A DNA stretch of 64,000 bases from Acidobacteriota bacterium (GTDB taxonomy: Bacteria; Acidobacteriota; UBA890; WLXD01): contig CAXWPH010000011.1 in assembly GCA_963666055.2 (NCBI GenBank), positions 252,338 to 316,337 of the forward strand, written 5' to 3'. The notes beneath the pieces are model-generated. The model was not told the DNA's origin and searched no databases. It worked only from the letters and a program-made list of their open reading frames with translations. The position numbers and the translations under genes were made by a program. Numbering within the stretch: the stretch's first letter is position 1; each line of letters starts with the position of its first letter. This document shows positions 57,371-64,000 of this stretch, in pieces.

Positions 57371-58410
57371 GCGCGCCCGAGAGCGTTCTGATCGTTCGCC
57401 TGAGCTCGATCGGTGACGTCGTGCACACCTTTCCAGCGTACGTTGCCCTGCGTAAGGCCTGGCCATCGACACGGTTCGGATGGGCTGTGGAGCGAGCCCC
57501 CGCTGAGTTGGTGCGCCGACTCCCGGGGCCACTGCTAGTGCACGAGCTCGACATCCAGTCATGGCGACAGCAGTGGATTCGGCCAACGATTCTGGGAGCC
57601 ATTCGCAAGCATGTCGGCGCGTTGCGGGAACAGCGCTATCAGCTGGCGATTGACTTCCAAGGGTTGTTCAAATCGGCCGTGGTAGCCCGGCTGGGCGCCT
57701 CCCGCACTCTGGGATGGGCTGGCGCCTCGGCACGTGAGCCCTGGGCGGCACACCTGTACCAGCGCACGGCGGTCGCCCCGAACGACGTTCACGTCGTGCA
57801 CCGCTGCCTGCACCTGGCACAGCAAGCGGGCGCCGCGCAAACACCGCTCGAGTGGCCGCGACTCACCAACTCCGACGACCAGGACTACATTGACTCCTAT
57901 CTCGCCGGACTCGGCGGTGGAGATCCAATCGTACTACATGCAGCCGCAAACTGGCCGAGTAAACGCTACGAACCGGAACGCCTGGTGAGCGCCGCAGGCC
58001 AGCTTCACGAGCGCACGAGGCGACCGGTGATTTGGATCTGGGGCCCCGGCGAGAAAGCGGCAGCACAAGCCCTCGCCGAGGCGGCAGGTGTCGGCAACCA
58101 CGCATCGGTGCCGACCACATTGCCGCAGCTCAGCGCACTACTCCAACGCGCGGCGCTGTTCATCGGCGGGGACAGTGCCCCGTTACATCTCGCAGTAGCT
58201 TGTGGGGCGCCGTCCGTGGCGATATTCGGGCCCACCGATCCGGCTCGCCTCGGTCCCCTGGCACCTGCCGACGAGGTGGTCTGCGAGCGCCTGGAATGCT
58301 CGCACTGCCACCAACGGCGCTGCCCACTGGGTACCAACGCCTGCCTCGATGCGATCTCCGCCCAGCAGATCGTCGCGGCCGGGCTCTCGCGTCTGCAACT
58401 GGAACAGTAA
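57367..58410 (+). CDS. waaC: LPS heptosyltransferase I (GT9)
   Basis: VRLSSIGDVVH, DFQGLFKS, GDSAPLHLA, IFGPT. Confidence 0.82.
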   Translation: MSAPESVLIVRLSSIGDVVHTFPAYVALRKAWPSTRFGWAVERAPAELVRRLPGPLLVHELDIQSWRQQWIRPTILGAIRKHVGALREQRYQLAIDFQGLFKSAVVARLGASRTLGWAGASAREPWAAHLYQRTAVAPNDVHVVHRCLHLAQQAGAAQTPLEWPRLTNSDDQDYIDSYLAGLGGGDPIVLHAAANWPSKRYEPERLVSAAGQLHERTRRPVIWIWGPGEKAAAQALAEAAGVGNHASVPTTLPQLSALLQRAALFIGGDSAPLHLAVACGAPSVAIFGPTDPARLGPLAPADEVVCERLECSHCHQRRCPLGTNACLDAISAQQIVAAGLSRLQLEQ

Positions 58411-58413
58411 GGC

Positions 58414-58980
58414 ATGCGTTTCATCGAACGCTGGCGGGCGTGGGCATCGCATCACCGCGTACACGCCGGTATTCTGTTCGCGCTTCTGTACGTGGCGCTC
58501 AGCCGTACGTCGAGCGAGCGCTTTGTGATCGGAGCCGCTGTCGTCGTCGTTGGTGAAGCGATCAGAGTGTGGGCCTGTGGCCATCTCGTCCGCAACATCG
58601 AGCTTACGCGCGGCGGGCCGTATCGGTACGTGCGCAATCCACTGTACCTGGGTAGCCTGGCGATCGGGCTGGGCCTGGCGCTGCTAGCCGCACGCGCACC
58701 GATCTGGTTGGGCGGATTCGCGGTGCTCTACCTGGGGTTCTACCTGCCCACGATGCACGTGGAGGAGTTGCGCCTGCAGTCGCTGTTCGGTGGCGAGTAC
58801 AAGGAATACTTCGAACAAGTGCCTCGCCTGCTACCGGGGGTCCGTCACATCGACCCTTGGCAGGACACCGCCGCCGAGCCGCCGCCTTTCTCGTGGCAAC
58901 AAGCGCGCCAGAACCGCGAGCTTCGCACTGTCGCGGTAATGACCGCACTGCTGATCGTGCAGGCGTTGAAGCTGCTATAG
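58414..58980 (+). CDS. ICMT/PEMT-family membrane methyltransferase
   Basis: GEAIRVWACGHL, LTRGGPYRYVRNPLYLGS, EELRL...FGGEY...VPR. Confidence 0.85.
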   Translation: MRFIERWRAWASHHRVHAGILFALLYVALSRTSSERFVIGAAVVVVGEAIRVWACGHLVRNIELTRGGPYRYVRNPLYLGSLAIGLGLALLAARAPIWLGGFAVLYLGFYLPTMHVEELRLQSLFGGEYKEYFEQVPRLLPGVRHIDPWQDTAAEPPPFSWQQARQNRELRTVAVMTALLIVQALKLL

Positions 58981-59334
58981 CCAGCTACCCAGCCGCCCGT
59001 CTGCAGTCGGCCGCGCTTCCGAGGGCACGACACGCAACCTGTTGACTACCTGCTGCACCCCTGGCACGCGGCCTGCGTGACGCAGCGCACGCCTCGCTTC
59101 GTCCACCGAGTCCACCACTCCGGCAAGGATCACAACGCCGTCACGCGACTCGACGCTGATCGTCTGGGCGTCTATGCGGTCGTCGTCAACCAGCGCATCG
59201 TAGATCTCGATACGAATCTGATCATCATCGATCGGTGCCAGGTGCGGATAGACCGTAGCGCACGCCATGGCAGCGCCCAGCAGCATGACGGCGAGCGATA
59301 TCGTGAAGGCGCAATGCCCACGTAGAGGTATCAT
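58975..59334 (-). CDS. BON-domain lipoprotein
   Basis: Lipobox AMAC; DDDQI...ISVESRDGVVILAGVV...VPGVQQVVNRL. Confidence 0.85.
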   Translation of the reverse strand: MIPLRGHCAFTISLAVMLLGAAMACATVYPHLAPIDDDQIRIEIYDALVDDDRIDAQTISVESRDGVVILAGVVDSVDEARRALRHAGRVPGVQQVVNRLRVVPSEARPTADGRLGSWL

Positions 59335-59412
59335 GGGCCGCAGCATAGACAAGCAACAGCGAATGTCCAGCGATACAGTGGGCGGTTCTTGCCCCCGCGC
59401 GTGGGAGGACTC

Positions 59413-60270
59413 GTGTCGAAAGGAACGAGGAAGCCGGGGGGCTTCGTCGAGCAGGTTGTCTACGTACCGAGTCGCCTATGGGCGCGCGTAGAGGATATTT
59501 GCGAGCAATCCACGAAGGAACCTAGCGAGGTCATCGCTGACGCGCTGCGTCTGATGTTGTCGGGTGGGGTGCCTGCCGCACCGGCATCGGTTGGCGGCAC
59601 AGCGCCCGGCACCGCCTCGTCTGCCGAGAGAGAAGACGCTCCGACCGCGGTCGACACCACCGCCTCCATCGAGGACCTGCTCGCCCAGCTCGGCGACGGG
59701 CCCCTCGAAAGTTCGGATCTTCGCGAGCGTCTCGAAGAGATCATGGCCAGTGTCGAGAAGCACGACAGCCTCGTGGAACGCCACTCCGCCACCGTCGCAC
59801 AGCTGGCTCGAAAGATGGCCCAGGAGCGCGAGATGGACGCCACGGAAACGACGTGCGTCGAGATCGCAGCGCTGGTTCACGACATCGGCAAGTTGCGGGT
59901 GCCGGAATCCGTGCTCAACAAGCGCGGCAAGCTGACCCTGGAAGAATGGTCCCTGGTCAAGCGATATCCTGAGTTCGGTGCCGAGATCCTCAGCGATCTC
60001 ACCAGCCTTGACGACGTCGCGCTCCTGGTTCGGTCGCATCAGGAACGCTGGGATGGCAGTGGTTACCCGGACGGGCTGGCCGGCGAGGATATTCCGCTCG
60101 GCGCACAAATCATCGGCATTTGCGATGTATACGACATCCTGACGTCGGAGCGAGCCTACCGGCCGGCGCTTTCGCCCGAGATCGCTCGACGCACGATTGA
60201 GAGCGGAGCTGGCCGCCTGTGGAACCCGGATCTGGCACTAGTCCTGCTAGACAAGGTCTTGCAGGACTAG
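59413..60270 (+). CDS. HD-GYP domain protein with N-terminal ribbon-helix-helix-like segment
   Basis: HS...HDIGK...HQERWDGSGYPDGLAGEDIPLGA...DVYD; GGAGG before GTG 59413. Confidence 0.85.
   Translation: MSKGTRKPGGFVEQVVYVPSRLWARVEDICEQSTKEPSEVIADALRLMLSGGVPAAPASVGGTAPGTASSAEREDAPTAVDTTASIEDLLAQLGDGPLESSDLRERLEEIMASVEKHDSLVERHSATVAQLARKMAQEREMDATETTCVEIAALVHDIGKLRVPESVLNKRGKLTLEEWSLVKRYPEFGAEILSDLTSLDDVALLVRSHQERWDGSGYPDGLAGEDIPLGAQIIGICDVYDILTSERAYRPALSPEIARRTIESGAGRLWNPDLALVLLDKVLQD
60238..60270. repeat. 33-bp CTAG-bounded palindrome in the 3' end of the HD-GYP gene
   Basis: CTAGTCCTGC-T-AGAC-AAG-GTCT-T-GCAGGACTAG. Confidence 0.65.
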
Positions 60271-60285
60271 CAGGCCGTCGCGACA
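60267..60285 (+). repeat. Solo partial copy of the CTAGCAGGCCGT repeat
   Basis: CTAGCAGGCCGTCGCGACA; 17/19 to 54637..54655. Confidence 0.7.
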
Positions 60286-60311
60286 TACCCAGCGAGCCGA
60301 GCAAGGATCCC

Positions 60312-62219
60312 ATGCGACTCATCAAGATCGGCCTTGCCAGCGTCAACACGATCGTAGGCGCGACTACTAGCAACACCGACCAGGTCATCGCATGCGCTCG
60401 CCAGATGGCCGATGACAACGTGACGGTCGGCTGCTTCAGCGAGCAGGTGATCGGCGGTTACCCGCCCGAGGACCTCATCCAGTGGCGCGGCTTCGTCGTC
60501 GAGCAACGCCGTCAGCTCGAAAGGGTTGCGTCAGCGACTCGGGATCTCGGTTCTGTGCTGGTCGTCGGGCTCACGGTTGCGGTCGGCGGCCAGCTCTTCA
60601 ACGCGGCAGCGGTCATCCACGGTGGCCGCCTGCTCGGACTCGTGCCGAAGGAAAAGCTGCCGACCTACAACATCTTTTACGAAGGCCGCACGTTCTCGCG
60701 TGGGAGCGCCTACCTGCAGCTCGACGCCAACGGAGTGCCCTTGGGTGATCATTTGTTCGAGTTCGAGTTCGGACGCCTGGCCGTAGAGGTCTGCGAGGAT
60801 GTCTGGTCGCCGGACGGGCCCATGCGCAGGCGCTGTTACTCGGGTGCCGAGCTGATCATCAATATCTCCGCTTCTCCCTATCGTGTCGGCATCCTGGAGA
60901 CACGCCGAGAGATGCTGGCGACGCGCTCGGCCGACAATCAGGTAACGCTCGCCTACTCGAACGCGGTCGGCGCCCAGGACGGCTTCATATACGACGGCGG
61001 TGGCTGTGTCTTTCAAAACGGACGCCGCGAGCTGCTGGCGCCTCGTTTTCGCGAGGGCTTCGCGAGCTGCGTTGTCGATCTTGACCGAACGCGTCGATTG
61101 CGCACCGAGAACACGACCTGGCGGCGCGATTGCGAGGAGTTTCTCGAGGAATCGCTCCCGGTCCCCGTTCTCGTATCCGACGGGCCGATCGCCGACAGCA
61201 GTGGGCTCGCCTACCCGTTCCCCGAAGGCCGCAGCTTCTTCCTGCCGCCCGTGGAGACCGGCCGCGCCCGCACCCGGGTACGCGTGCTCGACGATCTGTA
61301 CGACGCCATCGCCCTGGGTACCAAGGACTACTTCAGCAAGACCGGCTGTTTCAGCCGCTTCGGGATTGCGCTGTCCGGCGGTCGAGATTCGCTGCTGACG
61401 CTGCTGGTCGCCTGGCGAGCGGTGCAGATGCTAAGCGGCTACGAATCTGGCGATGATCTGCGTACCGCCGCCGGGCGCCTCATTCAAGCCTTCTATATGC
61501 CGAGCCGCTACTCCACCGACGGCACTCGCAATGCAGCGGTGGTCATCTGCGACGAGCTCGGCGTCAACCTTCAAACAATCGCAATCGACGAAGCGTTCGA
61601 GCGCGAGCTCGACGCAACACGCGAGATGCTGGCGGGGGCCGACCCGACCGACCTGACCGAGCAAAACATCCAGGCCCGCATACGAGCGCAACGCATGTGG
61701 AACTGGGCCAACAGCTCGGGCGGGCTGTTCCTTCAGACCGGCGACATGAGCGAGAAAGCGGTCGGCTACACCACCATCGGTGGAGATCTGGAGGGGGCTC
61801 TGTCGGTGATCGCCAACGTGCCCAAGACCGTGGTAGTAGCGCTCCTGGAGCATCTGTCCGAGCGCTACGGATTCGACGGCATTCGTCAGACACTTGCCAC
61901 GAAGCCCGGGCCCGAGCTCGCCGACCAGCAAGAGGCCGAAGCCGAGCTCATGCCGTTCGCCGTGCTAGACGCCTGCCTGTACCTTTATGCAGGCGAGAAA
62001 CTGTCGCCCGGCGAGATCCAGCGCGCGCTGACGGTGATCTTCCCGGAGTACGACGCCGACACGCTGGGCGCCTGGGCGCAGCGCTTCGCGCGACTGTTTA
62101 CGCGCTCGATCTACAAATGGGTACAGGCACCGTTGTCGCTCCACGTTGGCTCGCTGGACCTCGACCGCGAGCGCGCTCTGCAGTTACCGGTAGTGCAACG
62201 CAACGAGTGGAGCCACTAG
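60312..62219 (+). CDS. nadE: Glutamine-dependent NAD+ synthetase
   Basis: Nitrilase domain (FSEQ, PKEKLPTY, EVCED) plus synthetase domain (SGGRDS, QNIQARIR, SEKAVGYTT); ATG at 60312. Confidence 0.95.
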   Translation: MRLIKIGLASVNTIVGATTSNTDQVIACARQMADDNVTVGCFSEQVIGGYPPEDLIQWRGFVVEQRRQLERVASATRDLGSVLVVGLTVAVGGQLFNAAAVIHGGRLLGLVPKEKLPTYNIFYEGRTFSRGSAYLQLDANGVPLGDHLFEFEFGRLAVEVCEDVWSPDGPMRRRCYSGAELIINISASPYRVGILETRREMLATRSADNQVTLAYSNAVGAQDGFIYDGGGCVFQNGRRELLAPRFREGFASCVVDLDRTRRLRTENTTWRRDCEEFLEESLPVPVLVSDGPIADSSGLAYPFPEGRSFFLPPVETGRARTRVRVLDDLYDAIALGTKDYFSKTGCFSRFGIALSGGRDSLLTLLVAWRAVQMLSGYESGDDLRTAAGRLIQAFYMPSRYSTDGTRNAAVVICDELGVNLQTIAIDEAFERELDATREMLAGADPTDLTEQNIQARIRAQRMWNWANSSGGLFLQTGDMSEKAVGYTTIGGDLEGALSVIANVPKTVVVALLEHLSERYGFDGIRQTLATKPGPELADQQEAEAELMPFAVLDACLYLYAGEKLSPGEIQRALTVIFPEYDADTLGAWAQRFARLFTRSIYKWVQAPLSLHVGSLDLDRERALQLPVVQRNEWSH

Positions 62220-62231
62220 CAGGCCGTGGTG
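62216..62231 (+). repeat. Solo partial copy of the CTAGCAGGCCGTGG repeat
   Basis: CTAGCAGGCCGTGGTG; 16/16 to the arms ending at 51444 and 54728. Confidence 0.75.
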
Positions 62232-63202
62232 CCAAGCCAAGCGTGAAAAGTGTGCTCGGCGCGAACGAATCGCTGGCCTAGAGCCTCGTAGAGGCGGATG
62301 GTGGGGAAGTTGAAGCTCTGCGTCTGACACTCTGTCACCGCTCCCTGTGCGTAGATCCACTTCGTGGCCCCCTGGAGCAGGCCCATGTACGCGCCCGGGC
62401 GATCACGGCGGCAGCCACCGAGTCCGCCGCCGTGCACGCCAACACCGCCGACGGTCGATACCGGTTCGATGCAACGGAAAGTCGCGAAACCGTGCAAGAT
62501 CCCGCCGCCGTCCTCGGTGACTAGAACGTGTTCCGCCCAATCGCCATCGACGCATCGTCGTGCCCATTCGACATACATCGCGGTGGCGCGCTCATCCGCG
62601 AAATGCGGGTCGTTGTGATAGCGACCCCTGAAGCCTGAGTAGGCTTCGGCAGCAATCTCGAGGAGCTGATCCCGATCCTCGGGATCGTAGGGTCGTAGCA
62701 TTCCCATGTTGCGCACGTCCCGCGGCAGTTTCTCCTTGTGCCGATAGATATAGGTCACCAGCGTGTCCATGAGCCGAAACCCGAGATCCTCGAGCACATG
62801 CACGGTGCGGCAATCAGCGATGTCGACTCGCGCCGCCAAATGCGCAACTCCCTCGTCGCGCGCCCGCGCCACCACCGCGCCCAACAGCTCCCGCAACGCT
62901 TCCGGATGGGCATCGCTTCTCAGGATCGACTCCAGGCGCGCCATCGGGAGTCCGAAGAACTCCGTCTCCCACGGCAAGTGGCGCAGCAGGCACGCGGCGT
63001 GTGGATCGGCTCGGTTGGCCGAGCCCGCAATGTAAGCAGTGCCGGTGCCAGCCTCGACCGGCTGTTGAACCATGGCGCCCAGCACGTTCGCCCGCCGGCG
63101 TCTCGAGAGGACGCGGTAGTACCTGTAGGGGTTGTATGGAAAGCGCGCGATCAGGTCATCCAGAACGGCTAGCCGGTCCGCTTCCAGCGCATCAACTCGC
63201 AA
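62216..63202 (-). CDS. WecD/RffC-like GNAT acetyltransferase
   Basis: LPWETEFFG, RYHNDPHF...AMYVEW, TQSFNFPTIRLYEALG. Confidence 0.7.
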   Translation of the reverse strand: MRVDALEADRLAVLDDLIARFPYNPYRYYRVLSRRRRANVLGAMVQQPVEAGTGTAYIAGSANRADPHAACLLRHLPWETEFFGLPMARLESILRSDAHPEALRELLGAVVARARDEGVAHLAARVDIADCRTVHVLEDLGFRLMDTLVTYIYRHKEKLPRDVRNMGMLRPYDPEDRDQLLEIAAEAYSGFRGRYHNDPHFADERATAMYVEWARRCVDGDWAEHVLVTEDGGGILHGFATFRCIEPVSTVGGVGVHGGGLGGCRRDRPGAYMGLLQGATKWIYAQGAVTECQTQSFNFPTIRLYEALGQRFVRAEHTFHAWLGTTAC

Positions 63203-63205
63203 TGG

Positions 63206-64000
63206 TTATCCGCTCTGGCCGTCGTCGGTTACGGGAGCCCGCCGCTCGTGCACGCGTCGCACGCGGTACAGGGGTCGTCCGCTGGTCTGGCGATACGTTC
63301 TCTGCACGAAATCGCCGGCCAGGCCGAGTACCGCCGTAGCCATAGCCAGCACGGTGGCGGCAAGCAGCAGCACCGCCGGAACCCCTGTGACGCGACCGGC
63401 TGTCGCCGCCAATGCGAGGATCACCGTGACGATGCCGAGCAGGCCCGTGGCCGCCAGCGCGCTCACGAACAACCACGAGAACACATCGACCAGGTTGGCA
63501 CTGGCGAAGTCCATGAACAGGCGTACTAGGCGTGTCGGTGTGTAGCTGGATCGGCGCCGGGCATTCGGTCTCGGGCGATGTTGCACCTCCACCTGGCGGA
63601 CCTTGCGCGCCACTCGAGCGACGGTGGGCTTGAGGAACCGCCGCATCCCGCCGAAGGCCGACACGTCCTTCGCCACCTGTCGTGTCAGCGCATTGTATGG
63701 ACAGCCGATGTCATCGAGGCGCACCCCGGACGGCGATTGAGCCATCCAGTTCACCGCCTTCGAGAACAGGCGTCGCATGTACGGATCGCGACGCCCCCGA
63801 CGGATTCCGCTGACGAAGTCCGCTCCCTGTTCGAGGGGTTCCAGCAAGCGTCCGACCTCACGCGGATCGAACTGCAGATCCGCATCCATTGTGACGATGA
63901 AGTCACCCTTGGCGTGTTCGAAGCCGGCGCTGAGCGCGGCATGTTGACCGAAGTTCCCCGCCAGCTCTACGACGCGGATTCGATCGTCGGTGCCCTGCAG
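63206..64000 (-). CDS. ArnC/DPM1-like GT2 polyprenyl-phosphate glycosyltransferase (5' end beyond the window)
   Basis: Frame open to the window edge: NFGQHAALSAGFEHAKGDFIVTMDADLQ, RRDP, two C-terminal TM helices. Confidence 0.88.
   Translation of the reverse strand: MQGTDDRIRVVELAGNFGQHAALSAGFEHAKGDFIVTMDADLQFDPREVGRLLEPLEQGADFVSGIRRGRRDPYMRRLFSKAVNWMAQSPSGVRLDDIGCPYNALTRQVAKDVSAFGGMRRFLKPTVARVARKVRQVEVQHRPRPNARRRSSYTPTRLVRLFMDFASANLVDVFSWLFVSALAATGLLGIVTVILALAATAGRVTGVPAVLLLAATVLAMATAVLGLAGDFVQRTYRQTSGRPLYRVRRVHERRAPVTDDGQSG

Noticed and set aside
58975-58980. 6-bp convergent overlap (CTATAG) of the methyltransferase and BON genes
   Set aside because: Ordinary short tail-to-tail overlap with no repeat sequence attached.
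50125-62231. Repeat copies as a CRISPR array
   Set aside because: Copies are dispersed, in mixed orientation, with no regular spacers and no cas genes.

Overview
High-GC diderm bacterium; RpoA, RpoC and gene order look Acidobacteriota-like (my inference, not a database result). (1) 0.3-8.8 kb: M20 peptidase, a secreted transglutaminase-like protein, three tandem lipoproteins (one an amidohydrolase with degenerate metal ligands) and acs. (2) 8.9-46.5 kb, all on the minus strand: GT2, gltX, rlmB, tRNA-Thr/Tyr/Gly/Thr, tuf, tRNA-Trp, secE, nusG, rplKAJL, rpoBC, then the str, S10, spc and alpha operons, ending in tRNA-Ala(CGC). The two tuf copies appear identical. (3) 46.5-64 kb: GT-C glycosyltransferase, rpsU, purDE, rlmN, an LPS cluster (waaA, lpxK, lpxL-like, waaF, heptose kinase, heptose adenylyltransferase, waaC, ICMT-family methyltransferase), a BON lipoprotein, an RHH-HD-GYP protein, nadE, a WecD-like GNAT and a truncated ArnC-like GT2. 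The most unusual signal is a short repeat family, CTAGCAGGCCGTGG(TGGRAGTGTGGCGGGCC). It forms a 92-bp MITE/REPIN-like unit, brackets rlmN and its leader as 31-bp inverted repeats (candidate invertible or mobilised cassette between purE and waaA), and coincides with the stop codons of five genes. No transposase, integrase or CRISPR array is visible in the window.
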